NCBI GenBank assembly: GCA_013239625.1
Contig: MU056050.1
Coordinates: 1,784,084 to 1,848,083, forward strand
Length of the DNA stretch: 64,000 nt
Reading direction: 5' to 3'
Origin: Lama guanicoe
Lineage: Eukaryota
Shown: positions 1-11,712 of the stretch, piece after piece
Layout: every line of letters begins with the position of its first letter
Numbering within the stretch: the stretch's first letter is position 1
The notes under the pieces: model-generated
What the model saw: only the letters and a program-made list of their open reading frames with translations
The model's database searches: none
What the model was told of the DNA's origin: nothing
Translations under genes and position numbers: made by a program

Positions 1-99
1 TAGACTGGATTCAATTTTTTGACACATAAAAAGATGTTTTACTAATGCCTGAATGTGTCCAAAAAGCTATGATATCTGCCCAATATGTCACTCGGGGCA

Positions 100-750
100 A
101 GAAAGAAATTTCCAACAAAAAATGCTTGAATACAGTGGTGAAAGATAAATAAAATTGATAATTGTATTCATAAAGTCCAATCCATTTGATAGTTTAGTTA
201 CAAAAGGAAGACCTGAGTCTATCTATTAAATGAGTCCATGATGTTCCAGAGGAAAAAAAGATTAATGTAGAAATATTACCAAAGCAAATCTTTGTAAAAA
301 TACCTAACTTCAAAATCCAAGGAAGAATCCTATAGACAACCATGCAAAATAATCACTTATGAACGGAAATAAGAATTTAGGCTGGTCTCAAGCTTCCTGC
401 TAAAATATAGCAGAACAATAATGAGAAGATCCTTAGGGAAAGAGAATGTGACTCGAGAATGTTATGCCCATGCAAGCTGTCTTTCAAACATAAGGGTAAC
501 TGAGAACAATTTTCAATATGCAAGAACTCAGGAAATAAAGTAGTCATGAACAATTCTGAAAAATTCTTAAAGTCAAAATCAAGCAAAACTAGAAAAGGAT
601 GGGAAACACAATGTGAAAGGACCGATAGTGAATCCATTAAATAAACTAAAGTTAAACAATGATTGGAACTATAGAACACACAAATACATACACTTATATA
701 CATATAGAAAACTCCATGAACAAAATCCAAAAACTGTTAATAGTGGCAGG
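100..750 (+). mobile_element. Degenerate HAL1/old L1M ORF1-region fragment
   Basis: A-rich plus strand. 'gaatgttatgcccatgcaagctgtctttcaaacataagggtaac...atgcaagaactcaggaaata' resembles the C-terminal ORF1 region of HAL1/L1M (recalled consensus). Confidence 0.6.
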
Positions 751-764
751 AGGTAGGAGGATGC

Positions 765-1282
765 AAGCACTGCTAGCTGCCTATCAATATCTATTCTCCA
801 TTTCTTTCTTACTAGCAAGTCTGCTTTTATTTGGGGAAACAATTTGCCCAGCTAAGAGTATTCACTTTCTCAGACTTCCCTTCAGTCTTGACTACACATA
901 CAGCGTAATTCTGGCCAACTAGATATAAGTAAAAGTTGCTAGATGATGCTTCCAGGAAAGCTTTTTTAAAGGGGACAGACTTAGTTGGCTGCCATGCCCT
1001 TTTCTCCTTGATCCTGCCTGGAATATGAACTTGAAGCTGAAGGTTTAATATCATGAGTTGACAAGCTTCAATGAAGATAAATGTCTACATGCTACAGGCA
1101 GTAGGATAGAAAAATAAAAGAAACCTGGGTTCCTGATGGCTTTTCTGAGTCACGCTAGTTTCAGAATGCCTAGCATTAGAGTTCTTACTGCATAGAATGA
1201 ACAAGCCCCTGTGTATTTAAGCCACTATTAGTAAGATGTCACATTACTTGTAAAAAAAAAAAAAAGCATTCTAAAGTCATAC
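765..1282 (+). mobile_element. Old ERVL-MaLR solo LTR (MLT1H/I/J-like)
   Basis: Motifs 'ttctggccaactagatataagtaaaagttgct', 'gaaacctgggttcctgatggc' and 'tttaagccactattag...aaagcattctaa' are typical of older MLT1 LTRs. Confidence 0.7.
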
Positions 1283-1539
1283 TGGGGGACTAGAGATATG
1301 GCATATGAAGAAGATATAGTTCTCATTGTACTCTCATTTTTGGACTATTAATGTATTTTGCCATATGAATATCTTACTTTGTTATTTTTCATCTAGAACA
1401 TAGGAACCAAAAATGCTAATAACAAAAATGTCAAATATATAAAGCAAAGGTGTGACCTTTCTGAAGCACATAAGAGAATATATTTACAAGTGATAAGATG
1501 ACTTAAAAAGACATTATCTAACAACAAAACTTGAAACAT

Positions 1540-2110
1540 ATTTTTCTTTGAAATTTGGAAAGTTTTCAAAATTCATATGGAAAAATAAACATAAAAATAG
1601 TCAATAAAATTTTGCAAAGGAAGAGTAATAAAGAGACTGATAAATTACCTGGCATTAAAATGTATTCTAAAACTACAATCACTGGAACAGTAAGATATAA
1701 ATACAAAAACAGGGATACATATCTATATGACATTATGAATGTCTCAGAAATAGATCTTGAACTGTAGAAGGATGGAGTATATGATAAAATGCCATTTCAA
1801 ATCCATGAGGAAAAAAGAAATTCTTCGATGATGATATCACAACAGCTGGTTGGTAATTTGGGGGAGTGGTTCTTATTCTTTACTTTCCACCAAGAATAAT
1901 TACAGATGGACTCAAAATGTTAATTTACAGATTTCCACTTCTAGCAAAATGGTACACTAATTTCAAGGATAAAATAAAACAATACTTTTTTTTTTAAATG
2001 CGTGGCTGCAATCTCAAAGAAGAAACAGTAAGGAGCAAGTGACAGAGCAAGGAACTAGACAATAGGTTCCCAAGCTGAATACAGATAGGGTGATACATAA
2101 GACTAGCCTG
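1540..2110 (+). mobile_element. Old L1M fragments (ORF2 C-terminal part, then possible 5'-end piece)
   Basis: 'aaaattcatatggaaaaataaac...aaaactacaatc' matches L1 ORF2 (KFIWK... region). ORF 1555..1767 is a decayed remnant. Confidence 0.55.
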
Positions 2111-3227
2111 GACAAGCTACGTACACCTCAGTAGAGAGCAATAAGAATAGAGGGTTGACACTCATACCCAAGGGAAATTACAACACTCAGAAGAAAGGAA
2201 GAAGGAAGACTTAAGTGAAGAGATTCATAAGGGACTGAATTTAAATTCAGAAATACCTAAGACATCTTACACTGTAGGACTCAGTTTACTACAGAAAGTT
2301 GAAATGCAAGGTGAATTAAAAGCTAGGTGAATTTCAGTTGTAGAGAAATAAAGAATGTTGTACTCTTGTACATTTGAGTTTGTGACGGTAAAATTTTCTA
2401 CTTGCTACATATTTCTTTAAGCTTTCTAGAATTTTCCAAATATACTGCCTATTTGCATTTACTCCTTCAAATATGAACAAAGTAAACATCAAAATAAAGC
2501 TACCAATGTTTTCAAAGATTCAGATTACTTTATGTTATTTTTAAAAGTCCTGGGCTAGTAGGAGTCTGAATTTACATCTAGGGGTACTAGAAAAGAGTTT
2601 CCTATTGTTGGAAAGTGTAAAAGTTAGAAATTGATAAAGACTTGCTAAATATATTTTAAATCAACACATTAAAACAGTTAGAAGCTGTTAAAATCTACAA
2701 GTAAGTATCTGGAAAGAGATAGGGTATATTTTGTGCTAAGAAAAAGTAGAAAATTCTTCAAATAGGAGAAAGAGTGACATTTGAACAAGTTCGTAAAAAC
2801 ATTAAAAAAAAGTGCTATGGGAGCAAATGCAGAGGTGGTATTAGTTCCTTTCAGAGGTTCATAAATCTCTTGCAAGTTGAATCTGCAAACCTAAACATAT
2901 AAAGTGATGACAGTGAACACTGATATTTCCTTTTCTTTGACAAATCCCCATAACAGGCATATGAGCTGATGTCAACGTACAAAGGACATAATCTGGGATG
3001 CTTCTTGCTGTCCTGGAATATATGCGGTGTTACGAAGAATAAACTTTTTCCTGTCATTGTTGGAATCAATCCAGGAGTTACAAACTCTTGCCACTCTGGC
3101 TGACCTACCTCACAGGCTTGTTTATTCTGGCTCACAATTTTCTTTAAATTTAAATGTCCTTCAGTTCATCATACCCACTTTAGTTCACCATTGGACACAT
3201 TGGTCCCTTTTGGAAAATCAACATCAT

Positions 3228-3467
3228 GCAATGGTTAAGAATAGAGACACTGAAAGTCAGAGTACTTGAGTTGAAATTCAAGGTCTAGCGTAGTCATGTG
3301 ACCTTGGGAAAATAACTTAATCTCTCTGTGCCTTGGCTGTCTCATTTCTGAAATGAGAATAGTAATAGTAGGGTTGTAGTGAGAATTAAATGAGTTAATA
3401 CTTGGAAAGTATTTAGAATAATGCCCAACACACAGAAAGCACTGTGTAAATACTTGTTTAATAAACA
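3228..3467 (+). mobile_element. MIR SINE
   Basis: Core 'tgtgaccttgggaaaataacttaatctctctgtgccttggctgtctcatttctgaaatgag...agggttgtagtgagaattaaatgagttaata'. Confidence 0.85.
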
Positions 3468-3699
3468 AATATGGGCTTACCTCCAGTCTAATTACATTCC
3501 CTCCCTGGTCCCTGCAAGCATCTGGGTTTGTGCCTCAGGCTTACTTTTATTCCTAAGAAAGTTTTCAGCTTGGTCCTTCATGTATCCAACTTGAGCGGCC
3601 CTCCCTACGTGGTGTGAAATGAGGGATTCCAAGAGTTCTTTTCCACATACCTCACCTATATGTTCCATACAACTGACTCATTACCATCATCATAAAAAT

Positions 3700-4460
3700 C
3701 TGTACTACTTAAACACTGGAGATATAAGGGATGCAAGATACAGTCTCTGTCTTAAGGTGATTACTAGTTAATGAGAGACAATGGAATTGTACATGAAAAG
3801 TAAGTGCAGTAGAAGATTGCATATGCTAAATGCTAGATGACAGAAGTCTATTGGATAAAGCAGTGCTCACAGAGGAATGGGGTGGACCAGGTAGGTTCTA
3901 TAGAGGGTATGGAGGTTGAGCTAGTTCTTGAAGGAAGAGCAGGACTTAGATTTGCCTGGGGATTAGACAGAGGAAGGCATTCTGAACAAGCTCTATGTGA
4001 TCAAAATGTGGAGACAAGAACATATCTGGAAGCTTGAGAAATTACACACACATTTAATTTGAGTAGGGAGTAGGTTATGTGTCAGAGATTATTGGCAATG
4101 AGGCTGGGCCCAAAGACAAGAACTGGATTGTGAAAAGCACTGAAACTCAGATGACGAGCCCAAGGTTTTATCTTGAAAACATTAGAAAGTCAACGAAGAT
4201 TTCGGAGCTGGGAGTGGTAGTAGAGAGAGAGAATGACTTTTGCAAATAAATGTTTTATGAAGATTAATCTGTGAGCAAGGTGTAAGAGGGACATGAGCCA
4301 GTGGATAGCAGGGCAGTTAGGACACCAGAGAGGAAACATGAAGACTGGCTGGGAGACTGTTTTAATAAACAGCCTGAGATGGAGCTGACCTAGGTCTGGA
4401 TCAGGGTGGGGCCATGAACCTGGAAAGGGTAGTAGGCATGCTAAAGACATCATTAAGGAA
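3700..4460 (-). mobile_element. L2 LINE fragment
   Basis: Purine-rich decayed sequence with 'ttgagctagttcttgaaggaagagcagga' and 'gaaggcattctgaacaag', typical of antisense L2. Confidence 0.6.
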
Positions 4461-5204
4461 ATAAAGCCTCTCAACTGTTTTTCCCAATTAACTTCTATTC
4501 ATCCATCAAAATGAAGACTTAGCTCTTCAGGAACTCTTCCCAGAGCTTTATGTGCACTTGTCCCTGCTGGAGTACACCAAAATGTTCTGTTACCATATCT
4601 ATTTCCTCTTAACCTAAAAACTCCTCCCAGTTACGGGCTTTGTCTGATTTGTTTTATTTCTCTAGAACCCAGCACAGTGCCTGACACACATGACAGTTTT
4701 TAAAAGTGCGAAACCGAACCAAAGACTCAGTAGGACTAAGTAGCTTTCAATGAATGGGGAAAGTAGTTCTTGAGGCTGCCTGGTCTTTGAAGACTAAAAG
4801 AATATGAAAAGAATTCTGGAAGAAAATCAGATTTGGGATGAAAGGGAAGAAAATTTCCAGGAGTGAGAGCTTTGAAAAAATCCCCCACCAAGTGCACTCT
4901 CTCTCTTTCTCTCCCCTCCCCCTCCCACTCTTCACCCTCCCCTTACTACTCTCCCTTTCCCTCTCTCAACAGTGAAAGTTATTATTTGGGAGGGATAACA
5001 AAGCTATATATTTAATAATTTAGTACAGAGTTATTATAAAAACTATAAGGAATACAGCTCTATTGGGGAATGGGACACAAGAGCAAGCAGTTTGAGCTTA
5101 GAGTATATAGAGAGCATCTGGGTGATCTGGTGTATGAAATGGGGGGGGTCAGGTAATATGGGATAGGATGCTTAAAGAGCTTTTTAAAAGAATATTCATT
5201 GGCC

Positions 5205-5739
5205 CATAGCAGCACTACTTACAATAGCCAAGACATGGAAACAACCTAAATGTCCACTGACAGATGACTGGATAAAGAAGCTGTGGTATATTTATACAAT
5301 GGAATACTACTCAGCCATAAAAAAGAATAAAATAATGCCATTTGCAGCAACATGCATGGATCTGAAGATTATCATATTAAGGGAAGTTAAGTCAGAGAGA
5401 GAAATACCATTTGATATCACTTATATGTGGAATAGAAAAAAAAACAAGCTTATTTACAAAACAGAAACAGACTCACAGACATAAAAAACAAACGTATGGT
5501 TACCAGGGGGGAACAGGGTGGGAAGGAATAAATTGGGAGTTGGAGATTTGCAGATACTAACTAATATATATAAAATAAACAAGTTCATACGGTATAGCAC
5601 AGGGAACTATATTCAATATCTTGTAGTAACCTACGGTGAAAAAGAATATGAAAATGAATATATGTATGACTGAAGCATTATGCTGTACACCAGAAATTGA
5701 CACATTGTTAACTGACTATACTTCAATTAAAAAATATAT
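5205..5739 (+). mobile_element. 5'-truncated L1 (end of ORF2 plus 3' UTR), cetartiodactyl type
   Basis: ORF2 C-terminus (MEYYSAIKKNKIMPFAATCMDL), 3' UTR 'tatagcacagggaactatattcaatatc'. 17-bp TSD aagaatattcattggcc (5188-5204) / aaggatattcattggcc (5740-5756), one mismatch. Confidence 0.93.
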
Positions 5740-6439
5740 AAGGATATTCATTGGCCAATAAAATAATCAGATTAATGTCACCATGACTATCAGGTTTGGG
5801 TTTGACCTTCCACTGTCCCTGAAAAGATGAAGTCACGTACTATTAAAGGAAATGTAAGAAGGGACATTTCAAATATAGTCATGCTACTTCTGGATTAACC
5901 AGCCTTCTATAACCGTCCTTTCACCTCCATAGCCCCAGGGACACTGCTTATCTCAGTGACTATCTTTTAAACAGTAAACACTACCTCCCCTTCCCACCCA
6001 CCCCACCCACAGAAATCTCTCTCTTATCTCTGGAAGTGGAAGGATTTCCAAATTAAAGGAGCTTAGGAAACTTGGCAATTTCCCAGTGGCAAGACATGGT
6101 CTTTTCACTGAACTGTTGGAGATATCTGCTCCCTTTTATCCTGTGAGATAACCATGAAATGACATGTCTGCAGTCTAATCCTCTGACAATATCAGTATGA
6201 CCCAAATGAGTCTTCCCCCTCAGTGAGGCATGGATTTTGCACAGGGTGGGGACATACATTGATGCTTAATAAATGTTTCTGGAGTGAAAGTGAGTTTCAC
6301 TTGGAGTGGTGGTGACAAATTTGCTCTGATCTAGCTACATGTGGCCAAAGACACCCAGCTGTGACATTTCTGGTGAAGGTTTAGGTACATACAGTAGCCA
6401 GGAAATGAAGCAAGTAAACTTAGCAAAACTAAAGAGGCA

Positions 6440-6660
6440 GAGTGGGAAACTAGAAATTTCATGGGCATTAGAGTAAGATAAATCTGGCTCTGAGTCCTGG
6501 TTTTATCACCTTGTAGCCATATGAACTTGGGCAAGTGTATTAACTTCTATAAGCACCACTATTACATCTTCAAAATGAGATTATAATAATGTTTACCTCA
6601 TAGAGTTTTTATTAGGATTATATGATATAATCTATAATCATCAGTATGGCACTTATGAGC
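6440..6660 (+). mobile_element. MIR SINE
   Basis: 'atgaacttgggcaagtgtattaacttctataagc...aaaatgagattataataatgtttacctcatagag'. Confidence 0.75.
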
Positions 6661-6742
6661 ATCAGACAAGAAATACTGGCCTCATGAACTTAGGTACCCT
6701 AACAAAGTGAGTAACATATTGTTATCATTATAGCTAGACTGG

Positions 6743-7370
6743 TATGGTAGGATAATGGACCCCTAAAGATGTCCATGTCCTAATCCCTGGAACCTGTGGA
6801 TATGTTACCTTACCTGGCAAAAAGGGATTCTTTATTTTGTTTGTTTTTTACTGGGAGGGAGGCAATTAGGTTTATTTATTTATTTTTAAACTGGAGGTAC
6901 TAGGGATTGAACCCAGGACCTCATATAGCTAGGCATGCCCTCTATCAATAAGCTATACCCTCCCCCTGTAAAATGGATTTTTTAGATGTGATTAAGTTAA
7001 AGATCTTGAGATAGGGAGAATATCCTGCATTATTCAGATGGGCCCAATGTAATCATAAGGGACCTTCTTAAGAGGGAGGCAACAAAGTGCAAGGCAGAAA
7101 AAAAGAGACGTAATGATGGAAGCAGAGGTTGAAGCAATATGCTTTGAAAATGGAGAAGAGGTGCATAAGTCCAGGAATGGAGGTAGCCTTTAGAAGCTGG
7201 AAAAGGGAAGGAAATGAATTCTCCCCTAGAACTTTCAAAAGGAACATAGCCCTATAGACATCTTAATTTTAAAGACTTCTTACCTTCAGAATGTAAAAGA
7301 ATATATTTGTATTGTTTTAAGCCACTAAATTTGTGGTAATTTGCTATGGTAGCAATAGGAAACTAATACA
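6743..7370 (+). mobile_element. ERVL-MaLR solo LTR (MLT1D-like), interrupted by a SINE
   Basis: 'aaagatgtccatgtcctaatccctggaacctgtggatatgttaccttac...agatgtgattaagttaaagatcttgagat...agcaataggaaactaataca'. Confidence 0.9.
6831..6966 (-). mobile_element. Camelid Vic-type tRNA-derived SINE
   Basis: Minus strand reads GGGGGAGGGTATAGCTTATTGATAGAGGGCATGCCTAGCTATATGAGGTCCTGGGTTCAATCCCTAGTACCTCC, followed by AATAAATAAACCTAATTGCCTCCC and an A-rich tail. A/B boxes are visible. The flanks are imperfect repeats (aaaaagggatt / aaaatggatt). Confidence 0.85.
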
Positions 7371-8529
7371 TCTAGATTTGGTGAAAAAAATTAAGTGTAC
7401 CATCATAATCCTTTAAAAAAAATCACCTTTAGGGTTTGTATCACCAAATATGTCTATAGCTTGGCATCACAGCAGCCATTGCCCATAAAATAGCAAAAAC
7501 AAAAACAAACAACAAAACCTGAGCTGAATTCGTCTTCCAAATCACACAGTGTCACTCTAGAATACAAGCCCTTGCTTCTCATTACTGGTATGGTATCTTA
7601 GAATGGCTATATGGGCCCAAAAGAAAAGTTTGTGTCAATATTTTTGACCTTCATCCCTTTGGAGCAAGAAAGATGGTCATCATTCCTTATATTTAAGGAA
7701 ATATGGCCTCCTTCACCCACCTACACCTAAGAGGGAACTCCAACTGAGTGACTGGCTGCACTGCTCTAATGGATCATGGAAGTCTTTTGGTTCCTGCTTA
7801 ATAGAATCCAATTGCATTTGATGCTGAGGTGACATGAACAGCACTTCAACTCTGAAAATGTGCCATTTGTAACTGCTTTGGTGTAAGACAGAGGGATGGG
7901 ATGTCTGAGCTTCCATGGACCTACGCATGGGTAAGTTGCTTGCCACTGTTCCAGGTCCTATGCATAATTTTAGAAAAAAATGAGACATTTTTGAATGTTC
8001 ACTTTCACTAGATTAGGAATATGCTACTCTCAATTTTACAAAAACCACTGAAGCATTTTGCTGAATACTGAATCAACACTGACTTATTTTTGAAAAAGAC
8101 TACTTACCATGTAATGCATTTTAACTGTGCAGAGGATGGTGGGGAAATTCTGTTCCTTCTTTCATTATTTTGCATTTTTTTAATGTAGCATCCAATGTAA
8201 AAACCACTGTGGACACAATGTTTGCAATCTCCTGCCAGTATTAATATATTCAGTTTTTTTTAAAAGAAGCAACCTTTTGTCTGTTGGAAATAAAATCTTA
8301 ACCATTAAGTTATTGGGGGGAAAATAGCAGATATAACCTGAGAAGACCAAGCCTTGCATTTTCCTTGCATATTATGCACGAAAATTCTAGAAGTCTAATA
8401 GTCAGAAGCATATAACTAACTTTCATCTAACTAATGGGATCCCTGTACTAACTTCTCCCTTTGAGGCAAATGACCAAAATTAGAAGTAACACTTATATTT
8501 CAGAGCTTAATACAATGTTTGACATTCGT

Positions 8530-8665
8530 GCATGCATTTATTCATTCATCCCTCCATTCATTCAACAAATACTTATTGAGCACCTACCTTTTACCAGGTG
8601 TACGGTGGTGGGAATATAGCAATAAACAAGAAAGGTTCTTGCCCTCCTAGAGCTTTAAGTCTAGC
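8530..8665 (-). mobile_element. L2 3' end
   Basis: 'cattcattcaacaaatacttattgagcacctac...gccctcctagagctttaagtctag'. Confidence 0.8.
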
Positions 8666-9044
8666 AAATGGTATATGTCTGATAAATGAATACATGTATT
8701 CATTCACCTGTAGTTTAAAAGTTAACGTCTAAGGAATGCCCTCATTTCTGTCTGTGTACACACACGTGCGTGTGTGTAACCATAATAGTATTTAGAAATA
8801 AAGAGAGGAATCAGACACCAGGGTGGGTGTGGATCTCATATACCTAATCTTCTAATCTCCTACACCTGTGCCACTGACAGCTCTAGTTATAAATGTAACC
8901 GCTAATGCTAAGGATGATAACCCTGAGGTCTTTAATGATGGTCACTATATTCTTATTAAAGCAGGAAAGTGGACTCATTTTTAATTAGAGTTGCGAAGAA
9001 AAAGGGTTCTAAGTAGCGTTAAATAAATCTAATGATCTCAGAGT

Positions 9045-9260
9045 TGTGGTTTCCAAAGTACATGGGATATGGAGTCAGGTCTCCTGGATTTGAATCTCAG
9101 CTTTGTCATATGAATTTGGGCACCTCTCTCAGCCTCAAATTCATGTTCAAAATGGAGACGATGATACTGGTCTAGCAGGGTTCTGAGAATTAAATGAAAC
9201 AATGCACATAAATCACTTACCACAAAGCCCAATACATAGCTCTCAGTAAAAGTAGTAGTA
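9045..9260 (+). mobile_element. MIR SINE
   Basis: 'ggagtcaggtctcctggatttgaatctcagct...gggttctgagaattaaatgaaacaatgcacataaa'. Confidence 0.75.
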
Positions 9261-10049
9261 ATAGTTGCTGTTATTGTTTTTGGTGGTGTTTTGCTGATTT
9301 CTCACAAATTCAGTTACCTAAGAATTTACTATATCCTGGCCACCTAATGGGCTTTCTGATGTAAACACATGATAACTCATTTGCAGGAAAGAAAATATGA
9401 CTTTGGTTCTCCTTCCTGAACCATACATCCCCTCCATGGTGACTTCTTCCTCCTCTTTAATTCTAAACAACATTACAATCTCATACACACTCACACACAC
9501 ACGAATTAGGCCAGAGATGGTATGCCAGCTGTGATGCTGTGGTGGATTGATAGTTGCTGCCTGGGATAATTTGTTGAGAAGGATCCTGAGATTGCACTGG
9601 GAATCAACATTTAAGAGTAGCATGAATGATTAGTAATGCCTGACACAGATTTAGATTAGTAAGTGGTAGCATACACGCTATATATTTGGCATTTATGTCC
9701 TTTACTGGAAAGAAAGGATAGATCATTAACACTTCAGTATGATTTTTAGTCTGTCTTTTTTTCTTTTTACATTTTTTTCCTTCCGGGGGTATATGTATGC
9801 CTTTTAAGTTTTAGTGTTTATTGTTGAATAAAAGTCTTAGCTACCTATTAAATTCCCAGCATTAGGAAGCAAGTAAGAGATTTGGTTGGGAGAATAGCAT
9901 TGCTTCTCTAGATTGTATCTATATGACAACCTGCTTTACTCTTGCTTAAGTTGCATCTTAATTTTTGTGATTCCATAAATTTACCTTAGACAAATGTTAA
10001 GATTTCCCTTAATAAACTTCCCTTAATAAGAGCTCTATTAACAACCTAT

Positions 10050-10615
10050 CAAAAAGAGAACATTGGACATTCATACAATGGAATACTAAATCAGCAATGT
10101 AAAATGAAGGAATTACTGATACATGCAACAATATGAATAAGTTTCACAGGTATTTTGCTGAGATAAAAAGGCCAGCCACAAAAGAATACATACTGTATGA
10201 TTCTATTTATATACATATATGAATTTCTAAAACTTGGTGGTACATCCAAAGTACCTAGAAAGCTTGTTAAAAGCACAGTTTCTAAAAAAAAAAAAAAAAA
10301 AAAGGAGTGTTGGTCTGGGAGGAGGGCCTGAGAATTTACATTTATAACAAGTTCCCAGATGGTGCTGACGCTATTGGTCCTTGGTCCACACTTTGAGAAT
10401 CACTGATATATGGTGATTGAACTCAGAATAGTGGTTACCTTTAGGGGAAGGGGGTGGTGTTGACTTGAAAGGGGCATAAAAGAACTTTCTGGGATGTTGG
10501 AAATGTTCTATATTTTGACCTGAGTGGTGGTCATGTAAGTATATACATAGTAAAATGGTACCAAGCTGTAGCCTTCAGATTTGTGTCTTTCACTGTATGT
10601 AAACTGTACCTTTAA
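10050..10615 (+). mobile_element. Old L1M (MC/ME-type) 3' end, interrupted by MER5A
   Basis: 'cattcatacaatggaatact...aaagaatacatactgtatgattctatttata...agaatagtggttacctttagggg...ggaaatgttctatattttgacctgagtggtgg'. Confidence 0.8.
10220..10404. mobile_element. MER5A-like hAT-Charlie MITE
   Basis: 'gggcctgagaatttacatttataacaagttcccagatggtgctgacgctattggtcc...acactttgagaatcactg'. Confidence 0.8.
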
Positions 10616-10624
10616 TTAGACAGA

Positions 10625-10850
10625 AGAACATGAGTTTTGGAATCAAACAAAGTTTAAATTCCCAGCTCCCACGTAACCAATTCTGTGACATTTGGTAAAT
10701 TATTTCACCTACCCAAGCCTTACTATTTTCATGTATAAAATAAGGTGCATAGTAGTACTACCTCAATAGGTTGTAAGAATTCAGTAAGATGCTCACTGTA
10801 AGGTGCTTGGCACAATGCTTGGCATAGAGCAAACACTGTGAATGTTTGCT
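10625..10850 (+). mobile_element. MIR SINE
   Basis: 'tttggaatcaaacaaagtttaaattcccagctcc...tgcttggcacaatgcttggcatagag'. Confidence 0.75.
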
Positions 10851-10891
10851 CTTATTTTTAGACATGAGTCTAAATCACACGGATCAAGTAG

Positions 10892-10938
10892 TCTCTCTCT
10901 GTGTCTCTCTCTGTCTCTCTCTCTCACACACACACACA
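10892..10938. repeat. Compound (TC)n(CA)n microsatellite
   Basis: Read directly from the sequence. Confidence 0.9.
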
Positions 10939-11686
10939 AATACACATTCCTACACTCCTATCCCTCCTCTCCATTTGCACTTGCATTCCTCCTCTTTGAA
11001 AAATCCTCATTCTTTAACATCACCTTGACTAGGAGAGTTTCTACTGAAACAAAACTATTTATTTTTTCATAATAACATCATTGTGCCCTGGCTTAGAACC
11101 ACCTGCCTCCCTGCTCAGCAAATGAGCAACTGTATCAATTGAGACAGGTGCACCCTGGTGCTACCATGGGCACGCAGTGTTAGTTGAATGATACCAAGAG
11201 TCCCTGAACTAGGTAAACTATCCATGAAATCCAATTCAACTTAGGGAAATAGGTTATAAATATGACTCAATGAAGACATCTCCCTGAGGAAATAATCCTG
11301 GCAGTGGTTCGCTCCAAGGACACAAACTGAAGGCAAACCTGTCTAGGTCACAGATTCAAGCTCTTTGTCCCTGCTTGCAAAGCAGTGTTGTTGCAATTCA
11401 CAGCCTCCATATTTTCTGTTTTTAGACTTTTCAAATACTGCTAATTCTTGAATCCATTCTACTAGGGATATTTATTTGATCAATTCATTACTGCCCCCCT
11501 CTAATTTCACCATGTCAGGTAAGCCACAACATTTTGATTCCAGAAATACTGACTAGCCCATTCTCTGTGCCAAGCACAGTGCTGCCTGATAGAGATATAG
11601 ACCCAAAGCATACCTGTTTCCTATCTTTGGGCAATCTACAAGTGGGATAAGAAAGCCAAGTAAGTAGACAGTGAAAAAACCAGGGG

Positions 11687-11712
11687 TGTGTGTGTGTGTG
11701 TGTGTGTGTGTG
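11687..11712. repeat. (TG)13 microsatellite
   Basis: Read directly from the sequence. Confidence 0.95.
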
